From contig JBOEGF010000038.1 of NCBI GenBank assembly GCA_050633305.1, positions 1 to 64,000 on the forward strand: 64,000 bases of DNA, in the 5' to 3' direction. Made by a program: the position numbers and the translations under genes. The number at the start of each line of letters is the position of its first letter. Position 1 is the first letter of the stretch. This DNA comes from Nannocystales bacterium. GTDB lineage: Bacteria; Myxococcota_A; Polyangia; Nannocystales; Nannocystaceae. Under the pieces are notes generated by a model. The model saw nothing but the letters and a program-made list of their open reading frames with translations. It was not told the origin of the DNA and searched no databases. Below are positions 34,188 through 43,867 of the stretch, piece after piece.

Positions 34188-34293
34188 GCAATCAAGGTGT
34201 CGCGACATGAGCTTTTGTCCACGGGTGCTCCCCGTTTTCTTCACTTTGCTGGAGCGACCGCGACAGGGCTGTCGCGGTCAGGGGCGGGTTCGC

Positions 34294-35691
34294 TCAGCCT
34301 TCGGGTGCACAGGCCACGGAGCCCAACGCGTTGCCCGTCATGTCCGAGTAGGTGTAGGGGTCGCGCAGTCCGGTGAAGACGTCGACGACGGACATGGTCT
34401 CGACGTCGATCTTGAACGCGCCAGCCTCCGACATGGGGTCTTCGTCGTCGCGGAAGGTGACGGCCCAGAGGTAGCCGTCGGCATCGAAGCTGACGCCTTT
34501 GACGTCTTCGTCGGTGGTCCAGGTTCCGGTGATCTCCAGCGTGTCGATATGAACGGCACGCACGCTGTTCCCCTGGCTGACATACATGAGGTCGTCGGGT
34601 CCTTCGGCCAACCCCGAGCCGCCCCCGAGGCCTTCGACGACACCCCAGGTCTCGGTGACAGGGTCGAAGCGTGCGGCGATGCTTCCGAAGTTGCTGGCGA
34701 GCCAGACCCGCCCCGTGTGGTCCACCGTGATGCCGTAGGGTGCGACCCCGGCCGGGATATCCCAGATCTGGTAGGTCAGCGTGTCCTTGTCGACTCTGGC
34801 GAGCAGGGCGGCACCGAAGCCGCCAAGCGGGCTGAAGTAGAGGTTGCCCGCAGCGTCGACCGCTCCTCCGTAGGCGCCAAAGCTTCCGCCGGGAAAGTCG
34901 GGGACGTCGACCTGGGCATCGATCGCGCCCGAGAGCCCATCGAGCAAGGACGCGGTCACGCCCCCAGCTCCGCCCAAACCGGGGAACAGCCCTGGCACGG
35001 TCGAGGTCACGGTCCACACTTGCGACACGCTCGCGTCGCAGTTGCCCGGCGCGGTGGTCTCTCCAGTCCAGGCGACCGGGCGCTGGTTGGTGGTGGGGAA
35101 GTCGACGAACCACGCTCGGCACTCCTCCTGATCCCACGGCAGCACGTCGCCCCCACCCGAGCTTGTCTGAATGCCGGGGGTGCCGTTGGTATCGAGGCAG
35201 TTGTCCGGGTTCGCGTAGAACTTCGTCAGCCCGCCGTGCCGGTTGGCCACGGCCACATCCCCGGAGAGGTTCACGGATGTGCGCGACGGGTTGCCGTTGC
35301 CATCGGCCCGCGTCAGGTACCGGCCCTCTTCCTCGAGCGTACGGGTGTTGATCTTGGAGACCGTGCCCTCGACGTGGTCGGCGACCCACAGATAGGTGAG
35401 CTCGCATTCGCAGCTGCCGAACCCGCCTTTGGGCGAGCCGACGTCGAGCTTGATGTCATCGCCCGTCTCGTCGGCAGCTTCTCCACTGGACACCGCGGCC
35501 GAGCTGCTCGCCCCCGCAGACGAGCTGCCGCTGGACGGCGCCGTGCTCGAAGGGGTTCCTTCGTCCCCCTGCGAGCTGGAACCGCCCCCTGCAGCGGACG
35601 CGAACGCATCGCTGGACGAGTCCGAGTTGCAGGCCGATGCCGTCGCAGCAAGTCCGAGCAGCGCGACCCTTGATGTGCTTCCCCACCCCAT
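34294..35691 (-). CDS. Lipoprotein with Vgb-lyase-like beta-propeller (myxobacterial type)
   Basis: ASAC lipobox; LWVAD..EGTVSKINTRT..EEGRY, NPSRTSV, PYGITVD, YTYSDMTG. Confidence 0.82.
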   Translation of the reverse strand: MGWGSTSRVALLGLAATASACNSDSSSDAFASAAGGGSSSQGDEGTPSSTAPSSGSSSAGASSSAAVSSGEAADETGDDIKLDVGSPKGGFGSCECELTYLWVADHVEGTVSKINTRTLEEEGRYLTRADGNGNPSRTSVNLSGDVAVANRHGGLTKFYANPDNCLDTNGTPGIQTSSGGGDVLPWDQEECRAWFVDFPTTNQRPVAWTGETTAPGNCDASVSQVWTVTSTVPGLFPGLGGAGGVTASLLDGLSGAIDAQVDVPDFPGGSFGAYGGAVDAAGNLYFSPLGGFGAALLARVDKDTLTYQIWDIPAGVAPYGITVDHTGRVWLASNFGSIAARFDPVTETWGVVEGLGGGSGLAEGPDDLMYVSQGNSVRAVHIDTLEITGTWTTDEDVKGVSFDADGYLWAVTFRDDEDPMSEAGAFKIDVETMSVVDVFTGLRDPYTYSDMTGNALGSVACAPEG

Positions 35692-35770
35692 CGAAGTGCA
35701 GTGTGCGACGAAGGGGGACGAAGGTTCCCGGGCAGCGGGTGCGTTTCCCCACGGGTGCTCGAGTGTCCTG

Positions 35771-36754
35771 CTAGGGGGTGATGACGAGGGAGACGGCCGC
35801 GGGACTCTCGGGAGTTCTGACCTTCCAGGTGTTGCTGTCGCCGAGGCCTGGATCCTCGCCAATCTGCCACGCGATGTTGTTCCAAGCTTCCTTTCCGGAC
35901 TTGCCGTAGGGAAGGGTTCCGACCGAGCGGGTCTCGGAGATCGTGAAGGCCTGCTCCGTGTCCGAGCTGTTGGTGATGGTGATGTCGAAGTCCCGGGCAC
36001 CATCCCCGTCGTAGCTGCAGCCGATCTCGGACTTGGACTTGGCCGGAGACATGGCTCCGCCCGTCGGGCCATATTGCCAGTCGTCCCCGCCGACGTACTC
36101 GAGCGTGATTGCTGCGCAGGCAAGCGGGGCAGGGGTGGTGCTGCCCTTGTTGATGTGAAACACGGGGTCCTCCCCGACTGTGACGTGCCAATCGTCCCAC
36201 GACCCGTATTCGTCGCTCAGCGTGACGACGTGGCTCGAGCCCTTCTTGAGACGTCCGGCCTGCTCGAAGGTGACCGGGATCTGTTTGCCTGTCGTGTTGT
36301 TGACGAACACCCGCAAGTTCGTCATTCCGCCGTACGACTTGGTCGACGTGGGGTTCTTCGGATCTTTGAAGGGGGTCCACGAGGGGGGAGGGTCGGTCAA
36401 CGAACTGGAAGTGTTGTTGTATTGCCACTGCGAGCCGTCCCATTGCAGCCAAAGGTGCGCAGATGCTGGCGTTGGAGCACGCTCAACCAACGAGAGCTCC
36501 ATAGGCTGGGCAGCCGCAGAGCCGGCCAGTGGAGCGCTCGCTTCGGCCTTTGCCGTCGACGCTGGTGAGGGCGGAGGCTTCGGCGCAGCCGTGCGCTCCT
36601 CTTCCACCGGTTTGGCATTCGGCTTGGCGTCGGCACCCGCGTTTCTCGTCGCAGGGGCTGGGTCATCGCAGCCGGGTACCGTGGCAGCGAGGGAGAGCCC
36701 GAGGGCGACCCGGAGGTGGAGAGGGCGGGGGACGGATTCGTTGCGATGCATCAT
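35771..36754 (-). CDS. Hypothetical lipoprotein with two internally related beta domains
   Basis: TVPGC lipobox; Pro/Ala linker; paired segments LQWDGSQWQY...WHVTVGEDP and LEYVGGDDWQY...WQIGEDP. Confidence 0.7.
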   Translation of the reverse strand: MMHRNESVPRPLHLRVALGLSLAATVPGCDDPAPATRNAGADAKPNAKPVEEERTAAPKPPPSPASTAKAEASAPLAGSAAAQPMELSLVERAPTPASAHLWLQWDGSQWQYNNTSSSLTDPPPSWTPFKDPKNPTSTKSYGGMTNLRVFVNNTTGKQIPVTFEQAGRLKKGSSHVVTLSDEYGSWDDWHVTVGEDPVFHINKGSTTPAPLACAAITLEYVGGDDWQYGPTGGAMSPAKSKSEIGCSYDGDGARDFDITITNSSDTEQAFTISETRSVGTLPYGKSGKEAWNNIAWQIGEDPGLGDSNTWKVRTPESPAAVSLVITP

Positions 36755-36767
36755 GGACTTCCAGGGG

Positions 36768-39740
36768 TCAATCATCAGAGGAGGTTGGGGAGAGCAGGGA
36801 CCGGGCCTGATCCGCACGGTCGTCAAATCCAAGGGTGTCGAAGCCGGCCGCGGCCTCTCCCGCGAGCCGTACCGAGCGCGCCGAGTCGCGCCCGGCTTTC
36901 TGAAGGGCGCGGGCGAGCGAGAGCTTGGTATCGGCGACCTCGAACGGTTCCAAGGGGGGCCGCTGCAAGAGGGTGAGTGCGCGCTCGAGCGATCGAATCG
37001 ACTCGTCGGTTCGACCCAGGGCGAGCAACGATTGACCACGACCCTTGGAGGGCTGAGCAAGCATGGGGTGCTCGGGCGGTAAGCTCACCTCCATGATCGC
37101 GAACGCGCTGGCGTACTCGTCCAGCGCAGGAACGTGCTCACCCATCGCTGCGCGTGACTCGGCGAGGTTGGAGTGCAGGAGTGCGACCTCTGCATGGGCT
37201 GGACCGTAGGTGACGAGCGCGACGACTAGAGCCTTCTTGTAGGCTGCGACAGACCCTGGGAAGTCCGACTCGTAAAATCGAGCGACACCGAGCGCGTTGT
37301 AGAGTTCGCCCGTCTCACGGTGTTGTGGTCCCAATTCCCGTTCGAAGACTGTCCCCACGAAAACCAGGTCCGAGGCGGCCTGTTCGAAAGCGCCACGGGT
37401 CATCGCGAGCTTGGCTTGGGCGAATCGCACCCGGGCGACGGGGACACTCTCGAGTCCCAGCGCAGTCTCGAGGTGGCTGCGGGCGCGGGAGAGTCGGGTG
37501 TCGGCTTCAGCGACGTCACCGACCTCGAGCGCGAGCATTCCGAGCACTTGTTCGAATCGGGCGGCCGTCGGCGAATGCTCTCCCCATGCCTCTGCAACGA
37601 TAGGAAGACCTTCTAGGAGCAGAGCGCTCGCCTGCCCATGCCGTGCCAGCAGGCTAAGGGTATCGGCTTCGTCGAGCCGCTCGTTTCCGCGGGGGACTCC
37701 CTCGAGACTCTCTCCTTGCGCTCGCAGGGTTGCGAACAACGACAGCGCTCGCTCGTACTCTCCCGCCATCTTGGCGTGACGTGCCCGCGCTGCCAGCAGG
37801 TCATGGTTCGTCTCCTGTGAGGGCGAGGCTCCACGAGAAGCCGCCGCGCTGAGTTCGTCGATGAGCATGGCTTCGAGCTCGGGCTTCGACCAACGTCCGA
37901 CGAGTGCATTGACTGCGGTGCGCCGCGCTTTGAGTTCCACGCCCCGGAGGCCCGCGGGTACCGCTTGATAGGCCACGCCCGTGAGCAGGTCGGCGGCCTC
38001 GTCGAAATGACTGCGCATCCATGCCAGCTCCCCCCGGACGATCTGCGATTCGAGCTCCAGCGGTCGGAACCCATGGTCTTGCCCAACTGCGCTCGCAGCC
38101 TCCGTGAGCTGCTCGGCCTCGGCAATGACGCCGGTCCACAAGCGGCCACGGGCGCGGGCGAGTTGCTCGTAGCCTTCGAGGACCGCTTCCCGTGTTTGGG
38201 GGTCGTCGGGAAGTTGCTCGGCGTCGGACGCTACGGGGTGGTGACACGAGGTCGGTGAGGGAACCTGGGCGAGCAGCTCCGGGGCACGTGCCACCGTGGC
38301 AGCGTCGGCAGCGACGAAGATGTCGATGAGCGCCGCCGTTTCGCGGGACTGCAGCTCCAGGCAATCCATCCGGCGGTCCAGTAGCGCCTCGGAGGCCACG
38401 CCTTGCTCGTGGGTTGCACGGCACGCGTCCCCCCGCGCATCTTCCCAGCCGTCCGCCCAGCGTTGCAGGCTCCTTTCGACCGCGCGGTGGGTCGGGACGG
38501 CGAAGGGTTGCTCGCTCCCCTCGAACGCGGATCGAACCGCAGCTTTCGTTTCTGCGTTCCACGTTTGGGCGACAGCGCCCTGGCCCAGGGCGCAGTCCGG
38601 GCCTGTGTTCTCCTGGGATACGGCGCGGGTGGTGGCGACCGTCGCGAGCAAGCCCGTGGCAACGACAGCGGTAACAGCTCCCAGGCGTCGGGCTCTGAGC
38701 CGGCCTTCGACCTCCTCGAGGAGCGTTGAAATGTCGGGGAATCGCTCGCTGGGCTCGAATGCTAGGCCGCGGGCAAGTACGGCGCGCAGCCAACCCGGGA
38801 CCCGGGGTTGTTGGGCGTGGCTCGGTGCGGGCTCGAAGGGCGGCGTACCACCCTTGTCCATCCGCTCGAGCAACCCGGCGAGGCCACGAAAGGGTCGCTG
38901 GCCATAGAGCGCCTCGTACAGGGCCAGGCAAAAACTGAACTGGTCCGCCGCCGCATCGACGCGTTGCAGCTGGGCCTGCTCGGGAGCCATGTAGGCCGGC
39001 GTGCCCAGGAGCGTGTCTGATTGGGTGATCCGATACTCGAGCGCGCGGCCCGAGCCTTCGGAGGAGGACTCCTGCTCGCCCGCCTTCCGCACCGAGGAGC
39101 GCAGACCATCCTCGGCGGCGGATCTGTCACGTTCATCCAGGTCCGCGAGCCCTCGGGCGAGGCCGAAGTCCAGCACTCGAAGGACCCCCGCTTCGTCGAG
39201 CATGCAGTTGGAGGGCTTGAAGTCTCTGTGCACGATCCCCACGGCATGGGCAGCGGCCAATCCACGTCCCGCCTGCAGGTACACCTCAAGACACTCGCGC
39301 CACGGATGCGCCTGTTGCTGCCAAACCGTGAGGGTCGTCCCAACAACCAGCTCCATGGCGATGAACAGGTGCCCGCCTGCCTCGCCGACCTCGAACACCG
39401 AAACCACGTTGCGGTGTGAGAGCCGTGCGAGGGCCTGGGCCTCCCGAAGCAATCGTTGTTGATGCCTCGGCTCTGCGGCTCCGTGCAGGAGCTTCAAAGC
39501 GACCTTCCGGTCGAGCTGGGGGTCGTAGGCCTGCATCACCGTGCCCATGCCCCCCTGTCCCAGTCGTCGCTCCACGACGAACCGCCCCACAGTTTCGGGC
39601 TCGGCGTTTTCCTCGAAGAGCCCCGCGAACACCCGCCCCTTGTCGACTCTGGGCAAGCCCAACCCCGACCCCTCGTCGTGGGTCGAGTGTTCCGCCGCGG
39701 CTTCGCGCGCGTGCTGAAATTCGTCGCTGAGCGTTGGCAT
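36768..39740 (-). CDS. Membrane Ser/Thr protein kinase with C-terminal TPRs
   Basis: GQGGMG, VALK, HRDFKPSN, DFGLAR, GTPAYMAPEQ, DQFSFC; TM segment; periplasmic Cys-containing region; TPRs. Confidence 0.95.
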   Translation of the reverse strand: MPTLSDEFQHAREAAAEHSTHDEGSGLGLPRVDKGRVFAGLFEENAEPETVGRFVVERRLGQGGMGTVMQAYDPQLDRKVALKLLHGAAEPRHQQRLLREAQALARLSHRNVVSVFEVGEAGGHLFIAMELVVGTTLTVWQQQAHPWRECLEVYLQAGRGLAAAHAVGIVHRDFKPSNCMLDEAGVLRVLDFGLARGLADLDERDRSAAEDGLRSSVRKAGEQESSSEGSGRALEYRITQSDTLLGTPAYMAPEQAQLQRVDAAADQFSFCLALYEALYGQRPFRGLAGLLERMDKGGTPPFEPAPSHAQQPRVPGWLRAVLARGLAFEPSERFPDISTLLEEVEGRLRARRLGAVTAVVATGLLATVATTRAVSQENTGPDCALGQGAVAQTWNAETKAAVRSAFEGSEQPFAVPTHRAVERSLQRWADGWEDARGDACRATHEQGVASEALLDRRMDCLELQSRETAALIDIFVAADAATVARAPELLAQVPSPTSCHHPVASDAEQLPDDPQTREAVLEGYEQLARARGRLWTGVIAEAEQLTEAASAVGQDHGFRPLELESQIVRGELAWMRSHFDEAADLLTGVAYQAVPAGLRGVELKARRTAVNALVGRWSKPELEAMLIDELSAAASRGASPSQETNHDLLAARARHAKMAGEYERALSLFATLRAQGESLEGVPRGNERLDEADTLSLLARHGQASALLLEGLPIVAEAWGEHSPTAARFEQVLGMLALEVGDVAEADTRLSRARSHLETALGLESVPVARVRFAQAKLAMTRGAFEQAASDLVFVGTVFERELGPQHRETGELYNALGVARFYESDFPGSVAAYKKALVVALVTYGPAHAEVALLHSNLAESRAAMGEHVPALDEYASAFAIMEVSLPPEHPMLAQPSKGRGQSLLALGRTDESIRSLERALTLLQRPPLEPFEVADTKLSLARALQKAGRDSARSVRLAGEAAAGFDTLGFDDRADQARSLLSPTSSDD

Positions 39741-39773
39741 GGGTCGGGTCGGGGCGAGGGGGGAGCGCCTGTC

Positions 39774-41498
39774 CTAGGACTCGTAGTGGTGGACGACCAT
39801 GTTGAAGTAGACGGAGTCGCACCAGCTTCCACCCGCGCCCTGGTCGACACGGAGGTAGACGCGCTCGCCGGCGAGCATCGAGGTGCTGCTCGATTGTTCG
39901 TAGACGACGTTGTCGGCCGCGGTCTGGGACCAGAGCACGGCACCGCTCTCGTCGTGAAGCTCGAGGTGGACGCCCTGGCTTACGCAGGCCGGGTCCAGGA
40001 GCCCCGCGTTGATGTCGATGTCGACGGCGCCGTCCGCTGGTGCTTCCCAGGCCAGGGCTGTGGTTCCGTCGCATGCCCCAACGGATGGCGGGACCATGAT
40101 GATCGTGTTGGGGTCGTCGCTGGGCCAGAACGAAGCCTCGGTGCAGGTGGGGTCTCTCCAGGACTCGAAGCCCCAGTAGGCCGACCCGGGCTCGAGCTCG
40201 GTGTATTGGCTCGTGTTGGTGGCGTCGTACAGGTAGTACCAGCCGTTGGTGCCCTGAGCGGCGCCCGGCGCCGAGCCAAGCTCAAAGTCTGCGACGACGT
40301 CATAGACGGTGGGTGCCAGACAGCTCGTCTGGTCGTCGGACAGGGCAACACCGGCCAGCTCTGCTTCGCACGCACTGGGATAAGCCTGCCCGTCGCACCC
40401 ACACACCTCCCCGGCGGGGGCGAACTCGCATCCGATCGGTCGTGCCGCGCACAGGCCCGCTGCCACCTCGCCGCACGCGGCCGCTGCATCGAAGTCGCAG
40501 TATGCGTCCGCGTTGCAGTCGTCGTTGCTCGTACAGGCGTCGTCGCTGAGGTAGGTGTAGAAGGGCTCACACGGCTCGACGTCGAGGTCTGTGTTGTGCG
40601 GGCCTCGGTACCAGCGTCTCTTCTGCTGGGTGTTGGTCCAGGTGCCAAAAGCAACGTAGCCAACGAGATCAACCCAGTACGAGGCGTTGGTGGGCCCGTC
40701 GTACATCGCGGGGAACAACGACCAGTTGTGTCCTGGCTCGCCCGAGACCGCCGCCGTCTCGTCGGTGGGTACGGTACCCACCAGCGTTTGGTAGGCCGGG
40801 GTGCTGGCATCGACATGCGCCGCGATGACGCTGCCCATGGGGATGTCGTAGTCCGCAGCTCCGCCGACGCCGTCCATCGGTCGCCAGCGGACATAGGATT
40901 GCGCAACGGCGTCCCAGGTGATCACTGCAGAGACCGAGCTGCCAAGCTGGGCGGCCACGTCCGACGCGCGGCTTGGCCCGTCCAGCATGCACATCCCGAA
41001 CTTGTTGTAGCCCGGTGCCATCGCGGTGGAGCGCTTGAGGACCATGGTCGAAGCGACGCCGTCCACCACGACGCGATAGAAATACGTTGGAGTTGGAGCG
41101 GCGTGGTCGGCCGCGCCGACGTCCGCAAACAGGGTTGTTCCGTCGGCTGCGACGAGTTCTTCCGCGTCGGCATTCGGAAGATCTGTCGCATCGATGAGTG
41201 CGCCGGCTTCCTGGGAGCGGAAGACCCGGACGTCGACTCCGGAGAGTCCTGCGGCGGTCCAATCCAGAATGACATCATCGCCTTGCACCGTGATGTCGAT
41301 GGCGAAGCCTGGGACCGCGGGGGTCTGCTGATTCGTGGACAAGCTTCCCGATGCCGGACTTGCATGACCCGCATCCGGGCTGGCGTCTTCGTCTAGGTCG
41401 AGACCGGACGCTTCGGGGTCGCTGGGTTGGTCGTCGCACCCATACAGGGCGAGCAAGGGAGCACAGCAGGAGAGAAGGAGGAGGGGATGGATTCGCAT
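39774..41498 (-). CDS. Multidomain lipoprotein with a Kazal-like module
   Basis: ALYGC lipobox; FN3-like VILDW...YFYRV; Kazal-like VCGCDGQAYPSACEA; C-terminal beta-sandwich (QGTNGWYY). Confidence 0.78.
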   Translation of the reverse strand: MRIHPLLLLSCCAPLLALYGCDDQPSDPEASGLDLDEDASPDAGHASPASGSLSTNQQTPAVPGFAIDITVQGDDVILDWTAAGLSGVDVRVFRSQEAGALIDATDLPNADAEELVAADGTTLFADVGAADHAAPTPTYFYRVVVDGVASTMVLKRSTAMAPGYNKFGMCMLDGPSRASDVAAQLGSSVSAVITWDAVAQSYVRWRPMDGVGGAADYDIPMGSVIAAHVDASTPAYQTLVGTVPTDETAAVSGEPGHNWSLFPAMYDGPTNASYWVDLVGYVAFGTWTNTQQKRRWYRGPHNTDLDVEPCEPFYTYLSDDACTSNDDCNADAYCDFDAAAACGEVAAGLCAARPIGCEFAPAGEVCGCDGQAYPSACEAELAGVALSDDQTSCLAPTVYDVVADFELGSAPGAAQGTNGWYYLYDATNTSQYTELEPGSAYWGFESWRDPTCTEASFWPSDDPNTIIMVPPSVGACDGTTALAWEAPADGAVDIDINAGLLDPACVSQGVHLELHDESGAVLWSQTAADNVVYEQSSSTSMLAGERVYLRVDQGAGGSWCDSVYFNMVVHHYES

Positions 41499-41624
41499 CG
41501 TTTCGGGTCGTCTTTCGAGCCCCGCCGCGCCCGAGCGTCGGTGCGGTGGGCACCCGGGCTGTCCGAACCTCGGCCGAACTGTTCCGAAAAAAACGACACG
41601 TCCCAAAACGAAAAACGGGCGCCC

Positions 41625-42242
41625 TTACGACCGAGCGAATTCGAGAGTCATGCGATCGCGTACCTTGGCGGCCCAGGCGTCCACCTGCGCAGGGGCGAGG
41701 GGATCGGGTCGGGACCTGGCGAGAAGCGTGGCGAGCTTTTCCCGGCCACGATGGGCGCGAGTGCGGGCCGTCGCCGCGGAGATCCGGAGCGTGTCGCCCA
41801 CCTCGCTGGACGACATGCCCTCCCAGTACATCATCTCCAACACGACTTGCTGCTCGACCGGGATCTTTCGCAGCGCTTCGAGGAGAAAACGGTCGCGCTC
41901 GGTGTTTCGCAGTAGCGTACTGGGGCCGGGGGCGAGGTCCTGCGCGGCCTGCGAATCGAGCGACTCGGCGAGCTCAGGTCTCGCACGCTTCGTGTAGTAC
42001 TTCTTGAGCACGTTGTAGGCGGTGCAGAACAGGTAGCTGCGAAATCGGCCATCTTCTCGCAGCCGGTCGCGCCCCCGCACACACGCCGCGAAGGTCTCCT
42101 GCACCAGGTCCTCATGGTCGTGGGGGACCTTGTTCGCAAAGAATCGAGTCATCGCTGCGAAGTAGCGCTCGAACAACTTCTGGCCCGAGAGCTTGTCGTC
42201 GTCCCGCCACGCGGCGAGGAGTTCTGCATCGGTTCGCGCCAC
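41625..42242 (-). CDS. ECF RNA polymerase sigma factor
   Basis: DAELLAAWR, EDLVQETF, FRSYLF, region 4 LRKIP..QQVVLEMMYWEGMSSSEVG...TARTRAHRGR. Confidence 0.92.
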   Translation of the reverse strand: MARTDAELLAAWRDDDKLSGQKLFERYFAAMTRFFANKVPHDHEDLVQETFAACVRGRDRLREDGRFRSYLFCTAYNVLKKYYTKRARPELAESLDSQAAQDLAPGPSTLLRNTERDRFLLEALRKIPVEQQVVLEMMYWEGMSSSEVGDTLRISAATARTRAHRGREKLATLLARSRPDPLAPAQVDAWAAKVRDRMTLEFARS

Positions 42243-42400
42243 GCCTCAGGATACCGAACCTCGTGGGGACCCCTATGTTCAATGCATGGATGCCAGAGGT
42301 TCCTTTTCGGGCCGCGGGGAGGGGCCAAACGTTTTTCGAAGCGGGGTGACAGATGGTCGGGCCAGCGGTGTTCGACGGATGGAACCAGATGGAAAGACTG

Positions 42401-43714
42401 ATGCGCACCACCACCGCACTCACCTTGTTGGCGCTCACGCTCCCAGGATGCACCGATGACAACTCAGGCGGCGGCACACCGATGGGCGGGAGCTCGGGTG
42501 ACATGGCGACCACCGAGCCCGCCGGCGCGGAGACGAGCAGCGGCTCCGAGAGTAGCGGAGGCGACGATGAGTCCAGCTCGGGAGAGCCTGTTGCCCCCGA
42601 CTTCGCCGCCTTGGAGGCCGAGTTGGAGATGATCCGCGAGAACGCGGGGGCTCCTGGCCTCGCGGTAGGCCTGGTCGCAGGGAATACCGTCCTGTGGACG
42701 GGGGCGTTCGGAACCCGGGATCTGGAATCGATGGCTCCCGTCGACACCGACACCGCCTTTCGCCTGGGCTCCATCAGCAAGACGTTTGTCGGCGTTGCGA
42801 TGATGCGAGCGCAAGAGATGGGAATCATCGACCTCGACGATACGATTGAGGTGCCATTCACCGTCGACAACCCGCACATCGAGGGCGAGGCGATCACCTA
42901 CCGAAGCCTCGCCCAGCACCGTTCGGGAATCCTCGACACGGACTGGTACGAGTGCGCCTATACGAGCGAAGACGGCTCCTCGTATGCGTTGCCCGAAGAG
43001 CAAGAGTTCTGCCCTGCAACACCCCTGCCTGGACTGGAGGAGTATCTGACCGCGTACCTCGACCCCACGGGGGAGATGTATACCGAGGAGAACTACGCAG
43101 CCGGCCCCGATGGGGAACCAGGCACGACCTACGAGTACAGCAACATCGGAGCCGGACTTGCGTCGGCCTCGTTGGGGTACGCAACCCAGGAGGCGGTGGG
43201 TCAAGACTTCATCGCGTTCAGCAACGCGGAAGTGTTCGGCCCCCTTGGCCTCGAGCACACGCGCTGGATGCGAGATGAGCTTCCCGATCCGGACAACGCC
43301 GCTGTCCCTCATATGTTCGATGACGGCTTTGCGCCGATCGCCCGGTACAACCTGTCGACGTTTGCCGACGGCGCGCTCTACAGCAGTGTCGACGACCTCT
43401 CGCGATACCTCGCTGCAATCGTTCCTGGGCAGGGATCGGTCGAGGACGCCACGGTGCTCCAGCCGGATTCGGTTGAGGAGATGCTCGACTTCGTCGACCT
43501 TGGGGATGGTGATGGACAGGGGATCTACTGGGAGTTCTTCTTGGGGATGGCTGGTCACACCGGAGGTGACCCCGGCGTGTCGACGGCGATGGGTTACGAC
43601 ACCGAGGCCGGAGTCGGCGTGGTGATCTTGCTGAACTCCACCGGTCCCAACACGGAACTCCTGATGCTGCAGGTGTTCGAATCCCTGCAGTCGTTCGCAG
43701 CTGAGGGGCTCTGA
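42401..43714 (+). CDS. Serine hydrolase lipoprotein (class C beta-lactamase/PBP family)
   Basis: LPGC lipobox; FRLGSISK (SxxK), YSN, GHTGG. Confidence 0.9.
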   Translation: MRTTTALTLLALTLPGCTDDNSGGGTPMGGSSGDMATTEPAGAETSSGSESSGGDDESSSGEPVAPDFAALEAELEMIRENAGAPGLAVGLVAGNTVLWTGAFGTRDLESMAPVDTDTAFRLGSISKTFVGVAMMRAQEMGIIDLDDTIEVPFTVDNPHIEGEAITYRSLAQHRSGILDTDWYECAYTSEDGSSYALPEEQEFCPATPLPGLEEYLTAYLDPTGEMYTEENYAAGPDGEPGTTYEYSNIGAGLASASLGYATQEAVGQDFIAFSNAEVFGPLGLEHTRWMRDELPDPDNAAVPHMFDDGFAPIARYNLSTFADGALYSSVDDLSRYLAAIVPGQGSVEDATVLQPDSVEEMLDFVDLGDGDGQGIYWEFFLGMAGHTGGDPGVSTAMGYDTEAGVGVVILLNSTGPNTELLMLQVFESLQSFAAEGL

Positions 43715-43837
43715 GGGGAGCCCACCCAGGGCAACCCCAGAACGTGCGTCGCCACCCCCGGTGGCGTCGCCGCGTACGTTCGTGCCAACGCCGGTGGCGC
43801 GCTGGCTGGGAGCGGAGGCAGATCACCCGACTCTTCG

Positions 43838-43854
43838 TTGGCACCAACATCGCA
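43838..43854 (+). promoter_or_regulatory. Candidate sigma-54 promoter
   Basis: TTGGCAC-CAACA-TCGCA with GG-N10-GC spacing, about 14 bp before GTG 43868. Confidence 0.4.
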
Positions 43855-43867
43855 ACTGCGTGTCCCT

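Noticed and set aside
35692..36123. 5' extension of the 609-aa ORF 34294-36123
   Set aside because: It overlaps the 35771-36754 gene; the signal peptide begins at ATG 35691.
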